Shown piece by piece: positions 45,521 through 53,445 of a stretch of 64,000 nt of DNA. The translations under genes were made by a program, and so were the position numbers. This DNA comes from an uncultured Rhodospirillaceae bacterium (GTDB taxonomy: Bacteria; Pseudomonadota; Alphaproteobacteria; Rhodospirillales; Casp-alpha2), in contig CAXGUG010000003.1 in the NCBI GenBank assembly GCA_964012715.1, forward strand, positions 5,163 to 69,162, written 5' to 3'. The first letter of the stretch is position 1. Each line of letters begins with the position of its first letter. The notes beneath the pieces are model-generated. The model was given only the letters and a program-made list of their open reading frames with translations, was not told the DNA's origin and made no database searches.

Positions 45521-45554
45521 ATGGTGCCAAGGGCCAAGATTACGATGGTGCCAA
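45521..45554. promoter_or_regulatory. direct repeat ATGGTGCCAA x2 (24-bp spacing) in the tauR/aminotransferase divergent region
   Basis: Read directly from the sequence: copies at 45521-45530 and 45545-45554. A degenerate third copy, GTGGTCCAAG, lies at 45488-45497. Confidence 0.4.
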
Positions 45555-45673
45555 TCACCTGACAACCCTGACGGCATCGATGCTTGGGGGGGATCGCCTG
45601 CGAGATCGATCGATTTCCCCGGCCGGGGAGGATTTTGCCGTGCCTTTCGGCCACGCCTTTTGGAGGAACGACC

Positions 45674-46984
45674 ATGGAATACAACACCAATTCCCTTGAA
45701 GAGAACTGGATGCCCTTCACCGGCAACCGGGACTTCAAGAAAAGCCCCCGTCTCGTCGTGCGTGGCGAAGGCATCCATTATTACGATCACAAGGGCGGCA
45801 AGATCCTCGACGGCTCGTCGGGTCTGTTCTGCTGCCCGCTGGGGCATGGCCGCAAGGAAATCGCCGAAGCCGTTTACGAACAGCTTCTGGAAAACGATTA
45901 CACCCCGCCGTTCCAGATGGGCCACCCCGGCGCCTTCGATCTGGCGCAGCGCGTCGCCCGGATCACGCCGGAGCCGATGAACCATATCTTCTTCGCTAAC
46001 TCCGGCTCGGAAGCCATCGACTCGGCGCTGAAGATCGCCATGGCCTATCACCGCGCCAAGGGTCAGGGGCAGCGCACCCGCTTCGTCAGCCGCGAGCGCG
46101 CCTACCACGGCGTCAACATTGGCGGCACCTCGCTGGCCGGGATGGTCAAGAATCGCGAAACCTTCTCGGGCGTGATGCCGGGTGTCGTTCACATGCGCCA
46201 CACCTGGGACCCGTCGGCCCCCTTCACCCAGGGCCAGCCGGAAAAGGGCGCGGAGTTGGCCGACGACCTGCAGCGCATTTGCGAGAACCTGGGCGGATCG
46301 ACCATCGCCGCCTGCTTCGTCGAGCCGATCGCCGGGTCGACCGGCTGTCTGGTTCCGCCCAAGGGTTATCTGGAACGCCTGCGCGAAATCTGCGATGCCC
46401 ATGGCATCCTGCTGGTGTTCGATGAAGTCATCACCGGCTTCGGCCGCACGGGCGCGCCGTTCGCGGCCCAGGCCTTCGGCGTGACGCCGGACCTGATGAC
46501 CATGGCCAAGGCCATCACCAACGGCTGTCAGCCGATGGGCGCCATCGCGGTCAAGGACGAGATCTACGAAACGATCATCAACGCCGCCCCGGAAAACGCC
46601 ATCGAGCTGTTCCACGGCTATACCTATTCGTCGCACCCGGCGGCTTGTGCCGCGGGCGTCGCGGTTCAGAAGATCTATGAAGAAGACAACACCTTCGAAA
46701 AGGCGGCCGGTCTGGTCGATCACTTCCAGAAGGCGTTGTATTCCCTCGAAGGGATGGATTGCCTGGCCGACATTCGCGGCTACGGCATGATCGGCGCGAT
46801 CGAGCTGAAGGCCAAGGGTGCGCCCGGCGCGCTGGGCACCCAGTTCCAGAAAGACCTGTTCTGGCGGGGCCTGCACGTGAAGTTCACGGGCGACAGCGGC
46901 ATCGTCGCCCCGGCCTTCGTCGCCACCCCGGCGGACATCGACGCCATGATCGGCACCCTGCGCGAGGCCTTGGAAGAGATCTAA
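45674..46984 (+). CDS. class III omega-amino acid/taurine--pyruvate aminotransferase (Tpa candidate)
   Basis: WMPFTGNRDFKKSPRLVV, FANSGSEAIDSALK, LVFDEVITGFGRTG and the PLP Lys in TMAKAITNG show strong resemblance to omega-amino acid:pyruvate aminotransferases. A GGAGGA RBS precedes the ATG at 45674. Confidence 0.85.
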   Translation: MEYNTNSLEENWMPFTGNRDFKKSPRLVVRGEGIHYYDHKGGKILDGSSGLFCCPLGHGRKEIAEAVYEQLLENDYTPPFQMGHPGAFDLAQRVARITPEPMNHIFFANSGSEAIDSALKIAMAYHRAKGQGQRTRFVSRERAYHGVNIGGTSLAGMVKNRETFSGVMPGVVHMRHTWDPSAPFTQGQPEKGAELADDLQRICENLGGSTIAACFVEPIAGSTGCLVPPKGYLERLREICDAHGILLVFDEVITGFGRTGAPFAAQAFGVTPDLMTMAKAITNGCQPMGAIAVKDEIYETIINAAPENAIELFHGYTYSSHPAACAAGVAVQKIYEEDNTFEKAAGLVDHFQKALYSLEGMDCLADIRGYGMIGAIELKAKGAPGALGTQFQKDLFWRGLHVKFTGDSGIVAPAFVATPADIDAMIGTLREALEEI

Positions 46985-47011
46985 GGCCGGGCATCAGCCG
47001 GACGAAATAAA

Positions 47012-47042
47012 AGCCGGGGCCGCTGAGCGGTCCCGGCTTTTT
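47012..47042. terminator. bidirectional rho-independent terminator (AGCCGGGGCCGC-TGA-GCGGTCCCGGCT flanked by an A-run and a T-run)
   Basis: 12-bp stem with one G-T pair. TTTTT follows on the plus strand and TTTTATTT on the minus strand. It lies between the convergent aminotransferase and SBP genes. Confidence 0.8.
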
Positions 47043-47086
47043 CATGTCTGAAGGCAAGCGCGAATCAGGCGCGGGTCAGGCTTGGA

Positions 47087-48286
47087 TCAGGCGGCCAGAT
47101 AGCGATCGCGATAGGCGTTGCGCAGACCGGCGAACCACACCGGCTCGTCCGGCCACCACCACAGCTTGTCGAGCGACCCTTCGGGAAAGGCGGCGGCGAC
47201 GGCCTGTTTGGTTTTCTTCGTCAGGTAGGCTTCCGTGCCCTGAACGGCGGAACTGTATCCCGACTCGTTGATCAGACGGGCCCCCTCGCGCGCGGTATAC
47301 AGCGCATTGACGAAGGCATGGGCCTCGTCGATGTGCTTGGACGCGGCGGTCAGCGCCAGCCCGTCCATCCAGGCGAAGGCGCCTTCCTTGGGCGGCAGGT
47401 AGGCGACCGGATGGTCGTCCTTGGCCAGGTCGATCACGGGACCGTCCCAGCATTGGCCGATGACCACGCCGTTGCGGGTGAAGTTGGTTTTCTGGCTTTC
47501 GTGATCGTGCCAATAGGCGCGCAGCCAGGATTTATGCTCCACCGCGAACTTCATGATGTCGTTCCAGATGCCGCGCATGGTGCTTTCGTCTTTATAGGCG
47601 TCTTCGAACGCCGGCAGGTCGCCCTTGGCGGCCAGCATGCGGCCGATCCCGGACATCAGCGAATGCGGGCGTCCTTGAACCAGGCCCTTCATTTCGGGGC
47701 GCCACAGATCGGCCAGGGACAATTCGCCATAGACGCCGTTAAACCGGTCGGTCCGCCAGGCGATCCCTTCCGTGCCCCAGACATGGGGCAGGTGATGTTG
47801 GCCTTTGTTCCACGACCAGGTTTCGGACATGGCCATGAACTTCGGCTCGATGTTCGACAGGTTGGGGATTTTCTTCAAATCCCAGGCCTGGGTCATGTTC
47901 AGGGCGTGCCATTGGCTCATCCGGTGAACCGAGGGCGAAATCACATCCCAGGCGCGGCCGTGGGTCGCGGTAACCTGGCTGAGCATTTCTTCGTTGGAGC
48001 CGACCGTGGTGATGTTGGCGGTAATCCCGGTCTTCTTACGGAACGTCTTGGCGAACCGTTTGGGGATGTAGCCGGTCCAGGTCAGGACGTTCAGCGTCGG
48101 GCCCGCGGCCTGCGCCGGACGGATCAGCATCGGCGCGATGGCCATGCCCAGCCCGCCCGCGGTCAACGCGGCGCCATGGCAAAGTAATGTTCGGCGGGAA
48201 AAAAGGCGCGCTTGGCGCGCGGTTTCGCCGGCTTCTTGTCCGGCGGACGGTGAGGATGTCTTTTGTTGTTGGGGCTTCCTGCCCAT
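47087..48286 (-). CDS. periplasmic solute-binding protein (PotD/PotF-like ABC family), orphan
   Basis: A Tat-like leader (SRRTLLCHGAALTAGGLGMA...PAQA) is followed by LNVLTWTGYIP and an overall type II SBP pattern. There are no adjacent permease or ATPase genes. Confidence 0.7.
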   Translation of the reverse strand: MGRKPQQQKTSSPSAGQEAGETARQARLFSRRTLLCHGAALTAGGLGMAIAPMLIRPAQAAGPTLNVLTWTGYIPKRFAKTFRKKTGITANITTVGSNEEMLSQVTATHGRAWDVISPSVHRMSQWHALNMTQAWDLKKIPNLSNIEPKFMAMSETWSWNKGQHHLPHVWGTEGIAWRTDRFNGVYGELSLADLWRPEMKGLVQGRPHSLMSGIGRMLAAKGDLPAFEDAYKDESTMRGIWNDIMKFAVEHKSWLRAYWHDHESQKTNFTRNGVVIGQCWDGPVIDLAKDDHPVAYLPPKEGAFAWMDGLALTAASKHIDEAHAFVNALYTAREGARLINESGYSSAVQGTEAYLTKKTKQAVAAAFPEGSLDKLWWWPDEPVWFAGLRNAYRDRYLAA

Positions 48287-48468
48287 GGACGTCGTTCTCG
48301 ATTCCGGTTGTTGGATTAATTGCCCATTATGACTGACGAAAATAGGGAAACCAGCACCAGATTTTTCTTTTTACGGGTCCAGCGCAGGGGGGAGCGGTTG
48401 CATTAATGAGAAATCAGACCTAAATAACGCGAGTTCCGAACAGCCCCCCAAACAAAAGGCTTCTTGTC

Positions 48469-49008
48469 GTGTCAAAGCCGACCAAGGTTCCGGGGTTCGA
48501 CTGCGCCGTTGTCGCCGTCGAACACGTGACCACTCCCCGGACCGTTGCATTCGTCGCGCATTGCCGAAAACTTCAGGGTGACCGAGTTTTGCCGCGTTGG
48601 GCGGACCTTCGGTTGCATGAGCTCGATCCGGAAATGATCCCCTATGTCGCGGTGGCGGACGTCGCCGCCGAACCGCGATCTTTCACTTATCGTTTCTGGG
48701 GTACGGGCCATACCCGCCTGAAGGGTGTCGACTTGACCAGGCAACAGGTATCGGAAATTCCCGCGACGGCCTTGGCCGAAATCGGGCATCGCCAATACGA
48801 GATGGTGTTGGAACAGCGCAAGCCGCTGGTGTTCGTTCACAAGCTCAGCCACTACGAACAGTGGAAGCCCTATATCCAGGTCACCGCCCGCGTGCCGTTC
48901 AGCGAAAACGGATCGACCGTGGACAAGATCGTGTCTTATTCGAACTTCGACGAAGATCGCGAAAAATGGACCAAGGTCTACGACGAGGTCGTCGTCGGCA
49001 ACGCCTGA
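48469..49008 (+). CDS. small PAS-like (DUF1457-type) domain protein
   Basis: GTG start. LPRWADLRLHELDPEMIPYVAVADV...FTYRFWGTGHTRLKGVDLT resembles the stand-alone PAS/DUF1457 family of alphaproteobacteria. The assignment is from memory. Confidence 0.6.
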   Translation: MSKPTKVPGFDCAVVAVEHVTTPRTVAFVAHCRKLQGDRVLPRWADLRLHELDPEMIPYVAVADVAAEPRSFTYRFWGTGHTRLKGVDLTRQQVSEIPATALAEIGHRQYEMVLEQRKPLVFVHKLSHYEQWKPYIQVTARVPFSENGSTVDKIVSYSNFDEDREKWTKVYDEVVVGNA

Positions 49009-49026
49009 CCAGTCGGCAGAAAACGC

Positions 49027-49680
49027 TTACAGGATCGACTGACCCGTCTTTTCCCAATCTTTCAGGAACGCTTCCAGGCCTTTGTCGGTCAGGGGGTGCT
49101 TGAACAACTGCCAGATCACGCCCGGCGGTACGGTGCACACGTCGGCGCCAATCCGCGCCGCGTCGACGATGTGCTGCGGCGAGCGCACGGAAGCGACCAG
49201 GATTTCCGTGTGGAATTCGTAATTGCCGTAGATCTCGGCGATTTCGGCGATCAGGTTCATGCCGTCCTGGCCGATGTCGTCCAACCGGCCGACGAAGGGC
49301 GAGATGAAGGCCGCGCCGGCCTTGGCCGCCAACAGCGCCTGGGCGGCCGAGAAGCACAAGGTGACGTTGACCGGGGTGCCTTCGCCCGACAGGGTCTTGC
49401 AGGCGACCAGCCCGGCTTCGGTCAGGGGAACCTTGACCGCGACGTTGCCGGCGACTTTCGCCAGCTTGCGGCCTTCCTCGATCATGCCGGCGGCGTCGGT
49501 CGCCGTGACTTCGGCGGACACGGGGCCGTTGACCAGATCGCAGATTTCCTTGATCACGTCGATGAAATCGCGTCCCGATTTGGCGACCAGGGACGGGTTG
49601 GTAGTCACGCCGTCGACCAGACCGGTGTCGTTGAGACGCTTGATTTCGGCCACATCGGCCGTATCGACGAAGAATTTCAT
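49027..49680 (-). CDS. transaldolase / fructose-6-phosphate aldolase (short Tal type 3B)
   Basis: [31 protein letters not shown] and the Schiff-base Lys context VAVKVP are present, with a GGGAG RBS. The longer ORF to 49719 is rejected. Confidence 0.9.
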   Translation of the reverse strand: MKFFVDTADVAEIKRLNDTGLVDGVTTNPSLVAKSGRDFIDVIKEICDLVNGPVSAEVTATDAAGMIEEGRKLAKVAGNVAVKVPLTEAGLVACKTLSGEGTPVNVTLCFSAAQALLAAKAGAAFISPFVGRLDDIGQDGMNLIAEIAEIYGNYEFHTEILVASVRSPQHIVDAARIGADVCTVPPGVIWQLFKHPLTDKGLEAFLKDWEKTGQSIL

Positions 49681-49834
49681 GGGTCGGCTCCCAACCGATT
49701 GTGTATTTGTGCGGCTCAATTAACCCCGAGGCCGCGGGGAAATCAACCGCCCGCGAAATGAAATTCTCATGGCTTGTTCCCCGGGGCGGCCCCACGCATA
49801 GTCCGGTCCTTGGATTGAGACAGGGGAATTCACC

Positions 49835-50290
49835 ATGCGGGCATTGTTGCAACGTGTCACCGAGGCGTCGGTCGCGGTGGTCGAAGACGCAGGGGATGCC
49901 GAAACGGTCGGGGCCATCGGCCCTGGATTGGTCGTGCTGGTCTGCGCCGAGCCCGGGGACACGGAAGATACCGTTGCCTACTTCGCGCGCAAGGTCGCGG
50001 CGATGCGGATTTTCGAAGACGCCGAAGGCAAGGTGAACCTGTCCGTCCGCGATGTCGGCGGTAGCGCCTTGGTGGTCAGTCAGTTCACCCTGGCCGCCGA
50101 TTGGAAAAAGGGCAACCGGCCGGGATTTTCCGGCGCCGCCGATCCGCAAACGGCGGAGCGCCTTTATCTGATGTTCGCGGACCGCTTGCGGGACGAAGGC
50201 CTGAGCGTCGAGACCGGCCGCTTCCGCGCCCATATGCGGGTCAGCCTGATCAACGATGGCCCATTCACGATCTGGATGGACTCCGACTGA
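49835..50290 (+). CDS. dtd: D-aminoacyl-tRNA deacylase
   Basis: MRALLQRVTEASVAV, VVSQFTL, KGNRPGFS and INDGPFT are classic Dtd motifs. Confidence 0.9.
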   Translation: MRALLQRVTEASVAVVEDAGDAETVGAIGPGLVVLVCAEPGDTEDTVAYFARKVAAMRIFEDAEGKVNLSVRDVGGSALVVSQFTLAADWKKGNRPGFSGAADPQTAERLYLMFADRLRDEGLSVETGRFRAHMRVSLINDGPFTIWMDSD

Positions 50291-50311
50291 ACCCGCGACA
50301 TCGAACCGGAC

Positions 50312-50350
50312 AAAAGAAAACGCCGTGACCGGGGCAGGTCACGGCGTTTC
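50312..50350 (-). terminator. rho-independent terminator for the EF-hand gene (ACGCCGTGACC-GGGGCA-GGTCACGGCGT)
   Basis: Perfect 11-bp stem. On the minus strand it is followed by TTTCTTTTG. It may also stop dtd transcription. Confidence 0.8.
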
Positions 50351-50398
50351 CATGGTCACCGCCGACGGGGCTTGTCGGCGGTGGCGGGGAGGGAGAAG

Positions 50399-50908
50399 TT
50401 AACGGCGCGGGCCGCATTCTTCGCGGTCGTGGCGCTCATGGCCCTTGCCGGGACCGTCACCGCGCATGCCGTGGTGCGGCCGGCCTTCGCCGCGTTCGAT
50501 CTCGCCGTCGTCATTGCGGTCCATGCGGGCCATCATGCGGTCGGTTTTCTTGGCGATTTCGCCTTCGGTGACCTGGGCGTCGCCGTCGCTGTCGAGCCGC
50601 TGGAACATGCGGACCATGCGCTGATGCATGATCTCGTTGAACAGGCCCTGGAACTCGTCGAGCGACAGTTGGCCGTCCTTGTTCTTGTCGTAGTCGGTGA
50701 TCGACTTCTTGGTCGCCGAGGCGATTTCGTCCTTGGTGATCTTGCCGTCTTTGTTGGCGTCGAAGCGTTCGAACAACATTTCGCCGTGGCCGCCGCCGCG
50801 TTTGCCGTAGTCGGCGTGGACGGCGAAGGCCGTGGTGCCGAGCATGACGGCGGTCAGGGCGCCCAAGACGATTTTGCTGCGGGTGGTGATGCGGGATTTA
50901 CGTGCCAT
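50399..50908 (-). CDS. secreted EF-hand calcium-binding protein (four EF loops)
   Basis: A signal peptide is followed by the loops DANKDGKITKDE, DKNKDGQLSLDE, DSDGDAQVTEGE and DRNDDGEIERGE. The C-terminal tail is His-rich. AAGGAG RBS. Confidence 0.85.
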   Translation of the reverse strand: MARKSRITTRSKIVLGALTAVMLGTTAFAVHADYGKRGGGHGEMLFERFDANKDGKITKDEIASATKKSITDYDKNKDGQLSLDEFQGLFNEIMHQRMVRMFQRLDSDGDAQVTEGEIAKKTDRMMARMDRNDDGEIERGEGRPHHGMRGDGPGKGHERHDREECGPRR

Positions 50909-50920
50909 GAGAAGGCTCCT

Positions 50921-50945
50921 TGTTTCAGTGCAATGTTTCGGTGCA
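50921..50945. promoter_or_regulatory. adjacent direct repeat TGTTTCAGTGCA / TGTTTCGGTGCA (13-bp period) upstream of the EF-hand gene
   Basis: Read directly from the sequence. The units match at 11 of 12 positions. The repeat lies 13-37 nt upstream of the EF-hand ATG, in the region shared with the divergent response-regulator gene. Confidence 0.4.
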
Positions 50946-51121
50946 TTTGCGATGCCCTGATAAAAGCCTTCAAACGTCGCTAAAATATGTCGAGAAAGCA
51001 GGAGTTTGTCGCAACTCGTGCCGCCGGGCGGGATTGATACAATCGGTTACAAATTTTTGTCCGCCTGGGTTTCCGGCTCCGGCATATTGAGGATCAGGAA
51101 TACTGACGAGACCGGCTGAAG

Positions 51122-51850
51122 ATGACTGACAGCGAACATATTCTGGTCGTCGACGACCACCCGGACATCCGCGATGCCCTGGCCCGCTATTTGAAAGAAC
51201 ACGGCTACCGGGTGACCACCGCCGACCGCGCCCAATCGGCGCGCCAGACGTTGGAGACCAGTGCTATCGATCTTGTCGTCCTGGACATCATGATGCCGGG
51301 CGAGGACGGCTTGTCGCTGTGCCGGGACCTGCGGGCGACGACGTCGCTTCCGGTCATTCTGCTGACGGCCATGGCCGAGGACACGGACCGCATCATCGGT
51401 CTGGAAATGGGCGCCGACGATTATGTGACCAAGCCGTTCAATCCGCGCGAACTGCTGGCCCGGGTCAAGGCCGTCCTGCGCCGCACCGGGGCCATGCCCA
51501 AGGCCGGCGGCAGCGAGCCGGCGGGCACCCTTTATCGTTTCGCCGGATGGACCTTCGATCCCGGCGCGCAATCCCTGACCGGCCCCGACGGCGTGGCGAC
51601 GCAGTTGTCGACCGGCGAGAGTTTGTTGCTGGGCGTATTCGTGCGCCATCCGGGCCGGGTTCTCAACCGCGATCAGTTGTTGGATCTGACGCGGGGCCGG
51701 TCGGCGCAGCTGTTCGACCGCGCCATCGACAATCAGGTCAGCCGCCTGCGCAAGAAGATCGAACAGGACGCGCGCAATCCGGAATTCATCAAGACCCATT
51801 GGGGCGGCGGCTACAGCTTCGCCGTCGCGGTCGAGGTTGCCGAGCCATGA
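51122..51850 (+). CDS. OmpR family response regulator
   Basis: The REC domain has ILVVDDH, DLVVLDIMMPGEDG and YVTKPF. The winged-helix output has LLLGVFVRHPGRVLNRDQLL and WGGGYSF. Confidence 0.9.
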   Translation: MTDSEHILVVDDHPDIRDALARYLKEHGYRVTTADRAQSARQTLETSAIDLVVLDIMMPGEDGLSLCRDLRATTSLPVILLTAMAEDTDRIIGLEMGADDYVTKPFNPRELLARVKAVLRRTGAMPKAGGSEPAGTLYRFAGWTFDPGAQSLTGPDGVATQLSTGESLLLGVFVRHPGRVLNRDQLLDLTRGRSAQLFDRAIDNQVSRLRKKIEQDARNPEFIKTHWGGGYSFAVAVEVAEP

Positions 51851-53310
51851 TGAAGTATCTGTGGCCGCGATCGCTGGCGGGGCAATTGGTCCTGTCGCTG
51901 TTGGCTGCCATCCTGGCGGCGCAACTCGCGGGCTTTCTTATCTTCGCGCAGGACCGGCGCGACGCGATCATCGGCGCCCGGCATGAATTGGTGTTGCTGC
52001 GCGCGGCCTCGTTGGTTCAGACGCTGAACCACCTGCCGAAGCGTCGGGACGACGCCTTGGTCCAGACGGTGTTGACCGCCGCGACCTCGGGCTTGGTGCG
52101 GTTTCGGATTGCGCCGGACAGCCCGCTGCCCGCCGATGCGCCGGAATACCGGGACAACGACCTCGCCCGGTCGCTGGCGTCCCGCCTGGGCGATGCCGGA
52201 GACCGGCCGGTTCTGGTCAAGGTCGCGGAAGACGGTGGATACGGCATTCTTCGTCCCCTGGACTTTTTCCATCGAAAAATGGACGAGCGCCGCCGCGACG
52301 ATCACGAGCGCCACGGCGATCATGATGACGATAAGCACGAGGACAAACATGGTGCGTCCCGCTATCGCTTCCCGATCGGCCTGACCCTGGCCGTGGCCCT
52401 GAACGACGGCGGCTGGCTGGTCGGCGAACTGGCGGCCCCGGTGCCGCGCGGTTGGGGGACACGGACGCTGACCGGTGTGTTGCTGCTGGTGTTCGCCGTT
52501 TCCGTGGTTGGGGTGTTGGTGGTCCGTCGCCTGACCCGGCCCCTGGGCGACCTGGCCGACGCCGCCGATACATTGGGCCGGGGCGGCGTGCCGCCCAAGC
52601 TGGCGCCCTCCGGTCCCGGCGAAATCCGCCGTACCATCGCCGCCTTCAACACCATGAGCGAACGGTTGCATCGATTCGTCGCTGACCGAACCCGGATGCT
52701 GGCCGCGATCAGTCACGATTTGCGTTCGCCGCTGACCTCCCTGCGTTTGCGCGCGGAGTTCATCACCGACGATGCCGACAACAAGCAGAAGATTCTGAAT
52801 ATCCTGGACGAGATGGAACGCATCACCGAAGCCACGCTGGCGTTCGCCAGGGACGACATGGCCGGTGGGGCGCTCGAAGACGCGGATGTCGCACAGCTAT
52901 GCAGCGACGTCGTCGAGGAATTGAGTGATCAAGGATTCGACGCCAGCTGCGAGACAAGCGGGGCGGCGATATTGAACTGTCAGCCGACGGCGCTGAAACG
53001 GGCAATCCGGAACCTGGCCGAGAACGCGGCCAAATACGGCGGGCAGGCGCGGCTTGGCGTTCTCAAATCTGCGGATGCATTGACGATCACGGTCGAGGAC
53101 GATGGCCCCGGTATCCCCGAAGCGGACTTCGATCAGGTGTTCGAGCCGTTCACCCGCCTGGAAACCTCGCGCAGTCAGGAAACGGGGGGCGTCGGCCTGG
53201 GTATGGCGATCGCCCGCAATATCGTGCGCGCCCATGGGGGCGATATCAGCCTTCAGAACCTGACGCCGCGCGGATTGCGGGTGCAGGTCACACTGCCGTT
53301 GCCGCATTAG
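51847..53310 (+). CDS. sensor histidine kinase (2 TM, HAMP, HisKA, HATPase_c) with a His/Asp-rich periplasmic loop
   Basis: The ATG overlaps the regulator stop (ATGA). The H-box is ISHDLRSPL, the N-box is NLAENAAKYG, and the G-boxes are DDGPGIP and GGVGLGMAI. The loop segment DERRRDDHERHGDHDDDKHEDKHG is encoded at about 52270-52353. Confidence 0.9.
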   Translation: MMKYLWPRSLAGQLVLSLLAAILAAQLAGFLIFAQDRRDAIIGARHELVLLRAASLVQTLNHLPKRRDDALVQTVLTAATSGLVRFRIAPDSPLPADAPEYRDNDLARSLASRLGDAGDRPVLVKVAEDGGYGILRPLDFFHRKMDERRRDDHERHGDHDDDKHEDKHGASRYRFPIGLTLAVALNDGGWLVGELAAPVPRGWGTRTLTGVLLLVFAVSVVGVLVVRRLTRPLGDLADAADTLGRGGVPPKLAPSGPGEIRRTIAAFNTMSERLHRFVADRTRMLAAISHDLRSPLTSLRLRAEFITDDADNKQKILNILDEMERITEATLAFARDDMAGGALEDADVAQLCSDVVEELSDQGFDASCETSGAAILNCQPTALKRAIRNLAENAAKYGGQARLGVLKSADALTITVEDDGPGIPEADFDQVFEPFTRLETSRSQETGGVGLGMAIARNIVRAHGGDISLQNLTPRGLRVQVTLPLPH

Positions 53311-53326
53311 CAACAGGCTTATAACT

Positions 53327-53355
53327 AAAGCCTTGTTGGCGAAGGCTTTTATTTT
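53327..53355 (+). terminator. weak intrinsic terminator (AAAGCCTT-GTTGGCG-AAGGCTTT followed by TATTTT) overlapping an alternative upstream hairpin
   Basis: Read directly from the sequence. The 5' arm is shared with the 3' arm of a 10-bp hairpin at 53311-53338 (CAACAGGCTT...AAGCCTTGTTG). Confidence 0.4.
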
Positions 53356-53445
53356 AAGGTTATACTTCTCTCGTGCTTTTAACGCCGGATAGGGGCCGGC
53401 GAGGGAATGGGTGTCCGAAACGGCCACCCGCAGAGGAGGTAGCCC

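Noticed and set aside
51319-51846. Upstream extension of the histidine kinase ORF across the response-regulator gene.
   Set aside because: It is out of frame with the clearly supported regulator gene. The ATG at 51847 (ATGA overlap) is followed directly by the first TM helix.
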